Origin: Eubacteriales bacterium
GTDB lineage: Bacteria > Bacillota > Clostridia > Oscillospirales > CAG-272
Assembly: GCA_045576315.1 (NCBI GenBank)
Contig: JAZNGE010000009.1
Location: forward strand, 86,114 to 150,113
Direction of reading: 5' to 3'
Length of the DNA stretch: 64,000 bases
Every line of letters begins with the position of its first letter. The first letter of the stretch is position 1. Under the pieces are notes generated by a model. That model had not been told where the DNA came from. It made no database searches and saw nothing but the letters and a program-made list of their open reading frames with translations. Of this stretch, positions 35,604 through 44,185 are shown in pieces. A program made the translations under genes and the position numbers.

Positions 35604-36674
35604 TCAATAAATTTCTATTAATTCTTTGGTCGAATGGGTGAAATTATGCACGCCATCCTTCTCTATTGCAACCATATCTTCGATTCGGCAACCGTATTTT
35701 CCGAAAAGATAGATACCCGGTTCTACCGACGTAACCTGTCCCGCGGAGAGCTTCGTACCAAAGCCGCGCTTGGAAAGGCCGGGGGTTTCGTGTACGTAAA
35801 GACCAATGGAGTGTCCGAGGGAGTGACCGAATGCACCGTTGAACTCGGGAACGGCATCGATTATGTCTCGGGCAACCTTGTCTGCTTCACCGCAATCTGC
35901 GCCCTCACGCAGATAATCGAGTGCGGCAAGCTGCGCGGAGAGGACGGTGTTATAAAGCTTTTTGATCTCGGCATCAGCTTTTCCGATCACTACGGTACGT
36001 GTCATATCCGAACAGTAACCGTCAAGCTTTGCACCAAAGTCCATTGTAAGAAATCCGGGACGAAGCTTTACGTTTCTCGGAGTACCGTGCGGCAACGCGG
36101 ACGCATCACCGGAAACGGCTATCGTTTCAAACGCAAATGACTCGGCACCGTTTTTACGCATAGCATATTCAAGCTCTACAGCTACGTCAAGCTCGGTCAT
36201 TTCGGGTGTTATCATTTTTAAGACGTGAGCAAATGCCTTGTCGGTTATATCCTGCGCTTTCTGCATTTTTTCTATCTCGTCGGGAGTTTTTATCCTTCTC
36301 ATAACGGAAAGCATGTCGCCGATGCTAACAAAGGATACAAACGGATATTTTGCTACGTAAGCGGAATATACCTCGTAAGAAACAAACGCACCTTCAAAGC
36401 CGACAACAGATACGCCCTGCTCTTTGAGCACCTGTTCGATAAGCGCACCTCTATCGGCAGGCATCACGACCTCAAAGCCTTTATTAGCTTTGTTAAGTGC
36501 CATTTCGTAGTAACGGAAATCCGTTATGAGATGTGCTGTGTTTTGCGTTATCAAAAGCAGTCCGTCGGTAAAAGCGAACTCGGATAAATAGCGCTGATTG
36601 AGCTCGTCGAGAATTATTACAGCATCAATTCCGCGAGACTTCATATTTTCTCTTAAAGATGTAAGTCTGTTCAT
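35604..36674 (-). CDS. M24-family Xaa-Pro aminopeptidase
   Basis: 356 aa with creatinase-like N-domain, DFGAKLDGYCSDMTRT, HSLGHSIGL and EPG motifs. Confidence 0.92.
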   Translation of the reverse strand: MNRLTSLRENMKSRGIDAVIILDELNQRYLSEFAFTDGLLLITQNTAHLITDFRYYEMALNKANKGFEVVMPADRGALIEQVLKEQGVSVVGFEGAFVSYEVYSAYVAKYPFVSFVSIGDMLSVMRRIKTPDEIEKMQKAQDITDKAFAHVLKMITPEMTELDVAVELEYAMRKNGAESFAFETIAVSGDASALPHGTPRNVKLRPGFLTMDFGAKLDGYCSDMTRTVVIGKADAEIKKLYNTVLSAQLAALDYLREGADCGEADKVARDIIDAVPEFNGAFGHSLGHSIGLYVHETPGLSKRGFGTKLSAGQVTSVEPGIYLFGKYGCRIEDMVAIEKDGVHNFTHSTKELIEIY

Positions 36675-37519
36675 TTGAGAAGCTCCTTGTAATAGTTTTT
36701 CATCGCGAGCGCATCGTCAGACTGCGTTCCTGCCGATTCGCTGATTATGGTTGGTGAGAGCGAATGCTTAACAATAGCTTCGACAAGAGGCTCGTAATCC
36801 GGGCCGTAAACTTGGTCTTCAAAAGTCAAATGCTTCTTTTCTCCCTTATCCGTCCACTCTATTTTAGAGAAATGACAATGCAGATTACAAGCTATTTCTG
36901 CTCCGAGTTTTCTGTCAATTTCATCAAAAACTCTCATATAATCATCCGCCGTTTTGAAAACGCCGCCGCAGTCGCGCGCATTAAGATGTCCAAAGTCAAC
37001 CACGGGAACAAATGCGGAGTCGATACGACAAAGCTCAAGCACTTCCTCGAGTGTGCCGAGCTGATTCTTCTTGCCCATTGTTTCAAGACCGATCTTTATA
37101 CCGCGAGTATCGACCTGTGCGAGCGTTTTGATCAATGTATCCGCAGCGAGGCGCATTGCCTCATCTCTTGTGATCTTAGCGGCAGAACCCGTGTGCACAA
37201 CAATCGTTTTTGCGCCAAGAAGATACGCGGCATCGAGGCTCTCTGCGATGTATTTTATGCTTTTAAGTCTCTTCTCTTCCTCAATTCCCGAAAGGGATAT
37301 GAAGTAGGGGGTGTGAAAAGACATTTTTATATTATGGATCTTTGCCTGTTCTCCGATTGCCGCTAGCATAGCCGGGGAAGATGCAATACCGTTACCCGCT
37401 TCGTATTCATAGGCATCAAGACCTATTGATGAAACAAATCTGGGTGCATCAAGTGTTGATTTGCCGCCGGCAAGCTTGAAGGCATCGCTATTGCCGCCGG
37501 GACCAAAAAAAGCTGACAT
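36671..37519 (-). CDS. TIM-barrel protein of the AP endonuclease 2 / xylose isomerase-like family (endonuclease IV-like)
   Basis: 282 aa with HTPYF, VVHTGS, GLETMG and DFGHLNA metal-ligand-like motifs. 4-nt overlap with the downstream peptidase gene. Confidence 0.7.
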   Translation of the reverse strand: MSAFFGPGGNSDAFKLAGGKSTLDAPRFVSSIGLDAYEYEAGNGIASSPAMLAAIGEQAKIHNIKMSFHTPYFISLSGIEEEKRLKSIKYIAESLDAAYLLGAKTIVVHTGSAAKITRDEAMRLAADTLIKTLAQVDTRGIKIGLETMGKKNQLGTLEEVLELCRIDSAFVPVVDFGHLNARDCGGVFKTADDYMRVFDEIDRKLGAEIACNLHCHFSKIEWTDKGEKKHLTFEDQVYGPDYEPLVEAIVKHSLSPTIISESAGTQSDDALAMKNYYKELLK

Positions 37520-37522
37520 AAT

Positions 37523-38029
37523 TTAAACTTCCCTGTTCTTTCTTTCGTATTTTCTTAAAATAGGCTTTTCAAGCAAGCGCTTGAACTTTGTGAAAATGTC
37601 CGTTTTATCTTTTATGGGCGGAACAAGAATAGCGCGTATTCCCGTATTATGAGCTGCCCAAACGTCCGTGAAGACTTGATCACCCATCAAAACGGTATCT
37701 TCGCGCGTCGTGCCCATATCTGCCATAGCAAGAAGTACATTCTTCTTAAACGGTTTTCCTGCCTTGCTGTAAGCCGGCAAGCCAAGATCTTTATTGAATA
37801 GCGTTATTCTCTCGCTGTTATTGTTTGATACTATCGCAGCGTTGATGCCGCTTTGCTTAAGCGAATCGAGCCACGCGAGCACTCGCTCGGTCGGGTGTGG
37901 GTTTTCGTACGGTTCGAGTGTATTGTCTACGTCGAGAACGATCCCCTTAACACCGATGGATCTTAGAAAATCCGCCGATGCAAGATCAAAGGTATCAAAT
38001 CGGTATTCCGGTACAAAGGTAAACTTCAA
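37523..38029 (-). CDS. yqeG: YqeG-family HAD-IIIA phosphatase
   Basis: 168 aa with GIVLDVDNTL, VSNN and MGDQVFTD. TTG start with RBS AGGTAGG. Confidence 0.85.
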   Translation of the reverse strand: MKFTFVPEYRFDTFDLASADFLRSIGVKGIVLDVDNTLEPYENPHPTERVLAWLDSLKQSGINAAIVSNNNSERITLFNKDLGLPAYSKAGKPFKKNVLLAMADMGTTREDTVLMGDQVFTDVWAAHNTGIRAILVPPIKDKTDIFTKFKRLLEKPILRKYERKNREV

Positions 38030-38064
38030 TTCAATAGTCCTACCTGATATTTATTTCTTATTAA

Positions 38065-38093
38065 ATTTTATCAAAAAAACCGTCGTAAGTCAA
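38065..38093 (-). promoter_or_regulatory. sigma-A promoter of the yqeG operon
   Basis: Minus strand: TTGACT(38093-38088), 17-nt spacer, TAAAAT(38070-38065). Confidence 0.55.
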
Positions 38094-38105
38094 TAGATAC
38101 ATTAC

Positions 38106-38123
38106 TTTTTTACATTTATAAAA
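38106..38123. repeat. 18-nt AT-rich repeat, copy B (identical to 33124-33141)
   Basis: TTTTTTACATTTATAAAA, lying between the divergent yqeG and tRNA promoters. Confidence 0.6.
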
Positions 38124-38162
38124 TATATGAAATATTAATTTCAAAAAAAGTTAAAAAAGGTA

Positions 38163-38191
38163 TTGACAAAGGAAATATTTTGTGGTAAGAT
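38163..38191 (+). promoter_or_regulatory. sigma-A promoter of the tRNA-Gly/tRNA-Arg unit
   Basis: TTGACA(38163-38168), 17-nt spacer, TAAGAT(38186-38191), preceded by TGTGG (extended -10). Confidence 0.65.
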
Positions 38192-38210
38192 ATATAGGCT
38201 GTTAACGAAT

Positions 38211-38284
<74 letters not shown>

Positions 38285-38288
38285 ATAC

Positions 38289-38364
38289 GCGCCCATAGCT
38301 CAGTGGATAGAGTGCCCGGCTACGAACCGGTAGGTCGAAGGTTCGAATCCTCCTGGGCGCGCCA
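38289..38364 (+). tRNA. tRNA-Arg (anticodon ACG), CCA encoded
   Basis: Acceptor GCGCCCA/TGGGCGC. Anticodon loop CTACGAA. T loop TTCGAAT. One mismatch each at the top of the anticodon stem and in the T stem. Confidence 0.88.
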
Positions 38365-38406
38365 AAAAAGTCTTAGTGAACCCTTGTGGTTTGCTAAGGC
38401 TTTTTT
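38364..38406. terminator. first terminator after tRNA-Arg
   Basis: AAAAAAGTCTTAG/CTAAGGCTTTTTT, 13-bp stem with one G-U pair and a 17-nt loop. Confidence 0.6.
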
Positions 38407-38435
38407 CGTTCCTGAGGATTCGAAGGGGAAACGGT

Positions 38436-38463
38436 GTAGAGCGGACTTCCGGTGGACGTCCGC
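38436..38463 (+). repeat. GTAG-prefixed GC-rich hairpin (third member of the family seen at 1043 and 2038)
   Basis: GTAGA then GCGGAC(38441-38446)/GTCCGC(38458-38463). A second small hairpin GCGCG-TAGTT-CGCGC lies at 38481-38495. Confidence 0.55.
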
Positions 38464-38499
38464 GACCGTGGAAGACCGAGCGCGTAGTTCGCGCGAGAA

Positions 38500-38524
38500 T
38501 CGAATCCTCCTGGGCGCGCCAAAA
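38500..38524 (+). pseudogene. partial copy of the tRNA-Arg 3' end (T-loop to CCA plus 4 nt)
   Basis: TCGAATCCTCCTGGGCGCGCCAAAA is identical to 38343-38367. No matching 5' acceptor strand lies upstream, so this is not a functional tRNA. Confidence 0.85.
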
Positions 38525-38553
38525 GGAACTTTCGCTTGTCGAAGGTTCCTTTT
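38521..38553 (+). terminator. second terminator, after the partial tRNA copy
   Basis: AAAAGGAACTTTCG/CGAAGGTTCCTTTT, 14-bp stem with one G-U pair, a 5-nt loop and a T-tract. Confidence 0.65.
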
Positions 38554-38671
38554 TTGTTTTATTTCACACATCAATTTTCAGTTTGGTGGTTAAATTAACT
38601 AAAACACACAGCTTTTTTAAAAGAAATCGCATCTGTAAACTGTACAAAACGCCTATTTTTCCGTACCAATA

Positions 38672-38700
38672 TTTACTTTTAAATATATTTGTGGTAAAAT
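38672..38700 (+). promoter_or_regulatory. sigma-A promoter of the MFS transporter gene
   Basis: TTTACT(38672-38677), 17-nt spacer, TAAAAT(38695-38700), preceded by TGTGG. Confidence 0.5.
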
Positions 38701-38743
38701 GTCGGTTGGATATAATTAACTTCAACACGAATAGGAGAACTTT

Positions 38744-40264
38744 ATGAATAGCTATAAGCTAAACGTTAAGCGAACCATACTCGTCGGCTTTGCCTTTTTC
38801 CTTATATCTGCATTCTGGCAAGCCTATGATGCAATAGTTCCGCTTATCCTTACAAACCATTTCGGACTTCCCCAGTCGATATCCGGTGCCGTTATGTCGC
38901 TTGACAACGTGCTTGCCGTCTTCCTTCTTCCTATCTTCGGAGCAATTTCTGACAAGATGTGCTCTAACAAGTGGGGACGAAGAACACCGTTCATCCTCGT
39001 GGGTACGATCGCAGCTGTAATAGCATTTGTGTTCCTTGCGGTTGTTGATACCGTTCAATTCAATGCGTTAGTAGACGCCGGCATACACGATAGATATGCC
39101 GCCGCACAATCAATGATGGACGCAGCAAAAGAAGCACTCAAGGAAGCAAAGGCTGCGAAAGATCAGCTTGGAATAGCCGCCGCAAACTCCTCTATTGATG
39201 CGATAAATGCAAGCATTGATGCCATAAGAGCAGACGTACAGGCACTTACGCTCGCTAACATTTGGCCTCTTATATCCTTTATCGGAGTTCTTCTCATCGT
39301 TCTTGTAGCTATGGCAACCTTCCGCTCCCCTGCCGTGGCTCTTATGCCTGACGTAACCGTAAAGCCCTTGCGTTCAAAGGGTAACGCTATAATCAACCTT
39401 ACCGGAACTGCCGGCGGTATTCTCGTGCTCGTGCTCGGTATGGTATTTAAAACCTCTACTCTTAGTATGCAATACATCGGCTACGTAATCGCAGTCGTTG
39501 CAATAATGGTTACCGGTCTTGTAGTCTTTATGCTCACCGTAAAAGAGAAAAAGTGGGCGGCCGAGATGGAGGAGGACACTATACGTCTCGGACTTGAAGA
39601 GCCCGTCACCAACGACGTTGACGTAGAAAAACGCAGTCTTTCTAAGGCTGAATTTAAGTCGTTGCTTTTGATACTTGCTTCGGTTGCGCTTTGGTATATA
39701 GGTTACAATTCCATCACAAGCAAATACTCGGTTTACGCGTCCAACATTCTCGGATTTGACTTCAATATGACTCTGATAATCGCTCAGGCAGCGGCTATCG
39801 TTTCGTATATACCCGTTGGTATTATTGCTTCCAAGCTTGGAAGAAGAAAGACTATTCTTGCCGGCGTTGCTATGCTCGCCTCTGCTTTTGCGATAGGAAT
39901 ATTCATCGAGCCTACCACTCCTGAATTTATAATGTTCCCTGTTTTCATACTTGCGGGAATGGGATGGGCTACAATTAACGTAAACTCCTTCCCTATGGTT
40001 GTAGAGCTTGCAAGAGGCGGCAACGTAGGAAAATACACCGGATATTATTACACCGCATCAATGGCAGCGCAGATCGTTGCACCCATTCTTTCAGGTGTGC
40101 TTTATGATCTTCTCGGTATGCGCTACACCTTCTTCACATTTGGTGCATTGTTCGTTGCGTTCTCGTTTGTCACTATGTTCTTCGTTAAGCACGGAGATGC
40201 AAAGGACCTTGCCGGCAAGACCGCAAAGGATCTTATAAGCGACAATTTCGCAGGAGAAGACTAA
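38744..40264 (+). CDS. MFS transporter (GPH/SLC45-like) with an Ala-rich helical insertion
   Basis: 506 aa with ~12 hydrophobic segments and a GRRTPFILVG motif after TM2. A non-hydrophobic ~70-aa insert spans residues ~103-173. Confidence 0.85.
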   Translation: MNSYKLNVKRTILVGFAFFLISAFWQAYDAIVPLILTNHFGLPQSISGAVMSLDNVLAVFLLPIFGAISDKMCSNKWGRRTPFILVGTIAAVIAFVFLAVVDTVQFNALVDAGIHDRYAAAQSMMDAAKEALKEAKAAKDQLGIAAANSSIDAINASIDAIRADVQALTLANIWPLISFIGVLLIVLVAMATFRSPAVALMPDVTVKPLRSKGNAIINLTGTAGGILVLVLGMVFKTSTLSMQYIGYVIAVVAIMVTGLVVFMLTVKEKKWAAEMEEDTIRLGLEEPVTNDVDVEKRSLSKAEFKSLLLILASVALWYIGYNSITSKYSVYASNILGFDFNMTLIIAQAAAIVSYIPVGIIASKLGRRKTILAGVAMLASAFAIGIFIEPTTPEFIMFPVFILAGMGWATINVNSFPMVVELARGGNVGKYTGYYYTASMAAQIVAPILSGVLYDLLGMRYTFFTFGALFVAFSFVTMFFVKHGDAKDLAGKTAKDLISDNFAGED

Positions 40265-40281
40265 AATAACAAAAAATCAAA

Positions 40282-40306
40282 ACAGCCAAGGAGATTCCTT
40301 GGCTGT
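40282..40306. terminator. bidirectional terminator (the MFS gene and the asd operon converge here)
   Basis: ACAGCCAAGGA/TCCTTGGCTGT, 11-bp stem flanked by A- and T-tracts. Confidence 0.8.
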
Positions 40307-40317
40307 TTTTTCTGCCT

Positions 40318-40476
40318 TCAATTTAATATCGAAAACTCAAGATTTTCATAAGAGAGCCTAGTGCCTATGTCAACGCCGAGCGGGAGCAAGGCGATCGCTA
40401 TAAAAAGCTCTTCTCCATCGGAATCAACAAGCGTAGCATATTCTCCGCTTATTGCAGTTACACTGAAAATTTTCAT
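40318..40476 (-). CDS. small DUF3006-like protein
   Basis: 52 aa: MKIFSVTAISGEYATLVDSDGEELFIAIALLPLGVDIGTRL. Its ATG overlaps the asd stop (ATGA). The longer 77-aa form in the ORF track would overlap asd by 79 nt. Confidence 0.55.
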   Translation of the reverse strand: MKIFSVTAISGEYATLVDSDGEELFIAIALLPLGVDIGTRLSYENLEFSILN

Positions 40477-41480
40477 TTTGAGATAAGCACCTCGGCAATC
40501 TGAATAGCATTTGTGGCTGCACCCTTGCGAACCTGGTCTCCGCAGCACCAAAGTGTTATAGCGTTATCGTTAACAATATCCTCGCGAATTCTTCCAACGT
40601 ATACAAGATCTTGATCGCTGGTTATAAGCGGCATGGGATATATTTTGTTTTCGACATCGTCGTAAAGCTTGCAGCCTGCACATTCCGCAACAGCGGCCTT
40701 TACAGTCTCAACCGAAAGCTTATTCTCGGTGATTACGGTAGCGGATATCGAGTGAGAACGAACGACGGGGACGCGAACGCAAGTACAGGTCACTTTAAGG
40801 TCAGGGTTGTGAAGGATCTTTCTGCCCTCGTTCTGCATCTTCATCTCTTCGGTCGTATATCCGTTGTCGAGAAAAGAACCGATCTGTGGAATGAGATTTT
40901 CTGCGATCTGATACTGGAACACCGAGCTCTTTATCTCGCCGCCGTTTACTATCGCGCGGATCTGATCGTCAAGCTCCACCGGACCGGCAGCACCTGCGCC
41001 GCTCGTTGCCTGATAAGTAGAGGCAACAATGCCTTTAATACGTGAAAGCTTATTGATTGCATTTACAGCGACCAACGTAATAATGGTAGAACAGTTAGGG
41101 TTTGCTATTATTCCCTTTTTGTTGTTTACCGCGTCTTCTGCATTGATTTCGGGAACTACGAGAGGAATGTCGGGATCCATGCGAAACGCGCTGGAATTAT
41201 CGATAAACGTTGCGCCTGATGCAACTATATCATCTGCAAACTGCTTTGCAACAGCATTTGATGCAGCACCAAGAACAAAATCAAGGCCACCGAATGCGCC
41301 AAGCTCCGCAAGCTCGATAGTAAGCTCGCCGCCCGCAAAGGTGACTTTCTTACCCACACTTCTCTCGCTTGCAAAAAGCCTAAGTGTGTTTATCGGAAAG
41401 TTTCTCTCTTCGAGAACCTTAATCATCTCTCTACCCACGGCACCACTGGCGCCGAGGATACCTACATTATATTTTTTCAT
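40473..41480 (-). CDS. asd: aspartate-semialdehyde dehydrogenase
   Basis: 335 aa with GASGAVG, active-site NPNCSTI and the Asd C-terminal domain. Confidence 0.96.
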   Translation of the reverse strand: MKKYNVGILGASGAVGREMIKVLEERNFPINTLRLFASERSVGKKVTFAGGELTIELAELGAFGGLDFVLGAASNAVAKQFADDIVASGATFIDNSSAFRMDPDIPLVVPEINAEDAVNNKKGIIANPNCSTIITLVAVNAINKLSRIKGIVASTYQATSGAGAAGPVELDDQIRAIVNGGEIKSSVFQYQIAENLIPQIGSFLDNGYTTEEMKMQNEGRKILHNPDLKVTCTCVRVPVVRSHSISATVITENKLSVETVKAAVAECAGCKLYDDVENKIYPMPLITSDQDLVYVGRIREDIVNDNAITLWCCGDQVRKGAATNAIQIAEVLISK

Positions 41481-41511
41481 TGTTATTTTCCTTTTGCGAA
41501 TTGCCAGAATA

Positions 41512-42864
41512 TCAGAAATCGTGAAGAACTCTTATTGCCTTCTTGAAATTAGCATCATCGACACCGATTATTATATTTACCTCGTCAGCACCCTGTGATA
41601 TAACGCGGATGTTTATTCCGTTTTCGCCAAGCGCTGTAAAAATTTTGCCTGCAATACCAACGTTGTGGCTAAGGTTACGTCCGACAACAGCAATCAAACT
41701 GATATCGTTAACGATTTTTACAGAATCCGGAGCAAGCTGCTGCTCAATACGGGTAATTATACCGTGCATCTTGTCTTTTATCGAATTGCCGGTAACGATA
41801 AACGAGAAGGTATCGATACTGCAAGGGATCTGCTCGATATTTATCTCATTATCTTCAAAAATTTCAAGAGCTTTTCTTATACAACCGGGCTCTTCACGCA
41901 TGCCGGCCTTAACGATCGTTACAATAGAATAATCTCTTTTGCCGGAAACACCGGTGATGGGACGAATAAGCGCCTGCTCATCCTTATCCTCGTCAAAGGA
42001 CTCCATGACGAGCGTTCCGGGCGCTGTTATATCCTTGGTATTCTTGATATACAACGGGATACTCTTGTTCCTTACGGGGAATACCGCTTCCTCGTGAAGA
42101 ACATCTGCACCCATATACGCAAGCTCGCGAAGCTCGGAGAATGTGATCTTATCTATCGGACGGGGGTTATCAACGATTCTGGGGTCTGCGGCAAGAATAC
42201 CAGAAACGTCAGTCCAGTTCTCATATGCGGTTGTGCTGAGGGCGGCCGCCACTATTGAGCCTGTAATATCCGATCCGCCGCGAGTGAATGTCTTTATGTT
42301 CTTATCCGGCATTGCTCCGTAGAATCCGGGAATAACCATTCTCTGAACGTTCTCGGCGATCTTGGACAAATTAGCATAGGATTCCTCAAGGTTTACCTTG
42401 CCGTTATAGTTGAAAACAAGCCACTCCGCGCTGTCAACAAAAGTATAGCCAAGATGTCTTGCCATGATCTGCGCACACCAATATTCTCCGCGAGAAACGA
42501 TGTAATCGACACTCGTCTTTTTGTTTAATTTTGATTTAAACTGTTCAAAATCTTCATCGAGGAACTTCTCTATTCCGCAATGCTCGCATATCTCATCGTA
42601 TCTCGCCTTGATTTTATTAAGTATTTCGTCATAAGGCGCATTATATTTGATATGCGCGCGAAGAAGATACAGAAGATCCGTTACCTTTATATCGGTATCA
42701 AATCTTTTTCCGGGGGCCGAAACAACGACCAATGCTCTTGCCGGGTCTGCCGTAACGATATTTTTAACCATATCAAAGCACTCGCCGGTTGCGACTGACG
42801 AGCCACCGAATTTAACTACTTTTACTATTTTACCTCTCGATACCTGCAAGGAAACTCTCACCAT
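41512..42864 (-). CDS. aspartate kinase (monofunctional, C-terminal ACT domains); start codon uncertain
   Basis: VKFGGSSVA, VVVSAPGK and two ACT repeats. Candidate starts are ATG 42864, TTG 42849 and ATA 42828. All but ATA overlap the hom 3' end. Confidence 0.92.
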   Translation of the reverse strand: MVRVSLQVSRGKIVKVVKFGGSSVATGECFDMVKNIVTADPARALVVVSAPGKRFDTDIKVTDLLYLLRAHIKYNAPYDEILNKIKARYDEICEHCGIEKFLDEDFEQFKSKLNKKTSVDYIVSRGEYWCAQIMARHLGYTFVDSAEWLVFNYNGKVNLEESYANLSKIAENVQRMVIPGFYGAMPDKNIKTFTRGGSDITGSIVAAALSTTAYENWTDVSGILAADPRIVDNPRPIDKITFSELRELAYMGADVLHEEAVFPVRNKSIPLYIKNTKDITAPGTLVMESFDEDKDEQALIRPITGVSGKRDYSIVTIVKAGMREEPGCIRKALEIFEDNEINIEQIPCSIDTFSFIVTGNSIKDKMHGIITRIEQQLAPDSVKIVNDISLIAVVGRNLSHNVGIAGKIFTALGENGINIRVISQGADEVNIIIGVDDANFKKAIRVLHDF

Positions 42865-43975
42865 CCTTCTTGAAAATTGATTCAGCGATCTCGTGCATTG
42901 CACTAACGCTTATTGTGTTTGTGATCACAAAGCTGTATCCGTCTATGATTTTTTTGCTTTCAATTATCTCTGCCGGAACATCAGCCTTTGTTCTTATATA
43001 ATATTTTTTCACTACTTTGCTGTTATCAACCGGAAGTACAACTCCGGGCGAAAGCAGCGAAACGTCGCCATTTACTATATCTATAACATCCTGGGCAACG
43101 GCGGTACCGGTGGGATATTTTCCTGCTCCCTGTCCGAAGAAAGAAAGCTGTCCAACGTTATCGCCTACAAGCGAGATCATATTATTGTTCTTCTTGACTC
43201 CCGAGAACAACGAGACACTATCTATTATAAGCGGCTCAACGTATGCGGACACCGTATTTTGATCGCGGACACCGGTACCGACATATCTGACCGACATGCC
43301 AAACTCGCTCTTAATATAGTCAATGTCGCATTTCTTAATGTTTCGAAGACCGAAGATCATCACGTCATCTTCGGAAATTTCAGTATTGAATGCGATCGAA
43401 GAGGATATAGCGGTTTTGCGTGCTGTATCAAGGCCATCTATATCCGCGGAGGGATCGGCCTCGGCATATCCAAGTCTTTGCGCAACGGTAAGAACCTCGG
43501 AAAAATCGGCATGATCGGTTATCATGGCATCAAGAATAAAGTTGGTTGTGCCATTCATTATTCCGCACACTTTTGTTATGCTGTCACAGCGTGTTGCTCT
43601 GATGAGGTTATGTAACCAAGGAATACCGCCGCCTGCGCTTGCGGAAAAACGAACGGTTACGCCGTTGTCTTTAGCCAGTGTCAAAAGCTCATCGTAATAA
43701 GTACATATCAAGTGCTTGTTGGAGCTTACAACGTGTTTACCTGCTTTTATAGCCTTGACTACAAAGGTGTGTGCGGGTTCAAGTCCGCCTATAGCCTCGG
43801 CAACAACTCCGATTTCCTTATCATTTAATATATCATCAAAATTTGTCGTCAGTACATCTCCAAGCTCATCGTGCGGTCTTATGTCGAGTATCTTTCCTAT
43901 CTCATACCCCGATGCTTTAAGGATCTCGTATGCGCCGGAGCCGACTACACCAAATCCAAGAATTGCAATTTTCAT
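42830..43975 (-). CDS. hom: homoserine dehydrogenase
   Basis: MKIAILGFGVVGSG NAD-binding fold and the catalytic domain. The start is set at the ATG at 43975 (RBS AAAGGATG). Confidence 0.93.
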   Translation of the reverse strand: MKIAILGFGVVGSGAYEILKASGYEIGKILDIRPHDELGDVLTTNFDDILNDKEIGVVAEAIGGLEPAHTFVVKAIKAGKHVVSSNKHLICTYYDELLTLAKDNGVTVRFSASAGGGIPWLHNLIRATRCDSITKVCGIMNGTTNFILDAMITDHADFSEVLTVAQRLGYAEADPSADIDGLDTARKTAISSSIAFNTEISEDDVMIFGLRNIKKCDIDYIKSEFGMSVRYVGTGVRDQNTVSAYVEPLIIDSVSLFSGVKKNNNMISLVGDNVGQLSFFGQGAGKYPTGTAVAQDVIDIVNGDVSLLSPGVVLPVDNSKVVKKYYIRTKADVPAEIIESKKIIDGYSFVITNTISVSAMHEIAESIFKKDGESFLAGIER

Positions 43976-44185
43976 GAATTTACATCCTTTCTTTATAATA
44001 TGCACCTTTAGGATGCGTTGTTCTTTTCTCGCTTATTTTGTAAAAATGCAACAAAACAAACGTTGTATTAACGATCTTTTTTAGGTCAAATTTAATGTTT
44101 TTGTGTCTTTGCTTCAAAAACACTTGTATTTGATTGAAAAATAGTGTATCATATATTATGTCAAAAGTCAAGAGGTGATACAAAA

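Noticed and set aside
38365-38743. An intact genomic island or prophage integrated at tRNA-Arg.
   Set aside because: Only 132 bp separate the direct repeats, and the next gene is an ordinary MFS transporter. No integrase, excisionase or phage genes occur anywhere in the window. At most this is a scar (reported as such).
40318-40551. N-terminally extended ORF-track models. These are 40318-40551 (77 aa), 44144 (thrC), 44005 (hom), 46509 (ACT), 52378 (ftsY), 63640 (dprA), 34194 (rplU), 25116 (nadK), 28688 (nusB) and 16004 (clp).
   Set aside because: In each case an internal ATG with a proper Shine-Dalgarno sequence gives the family-typical N-terminus. The longer forms start at weak or non-ATG codons without an RBS, or they overlap the upstream gene.
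43976-44185. A riboswitch, T-box or attenuation leader between hom and thrC, including the mini-ORF MSKVKR that ends in the thrC RBS.
   Set aside because: The region is AT-rich with no extended conserved-looking helices. The mini-ORF contains no Thr or Ile codons, so it does not look like a classical attenuator peptide.
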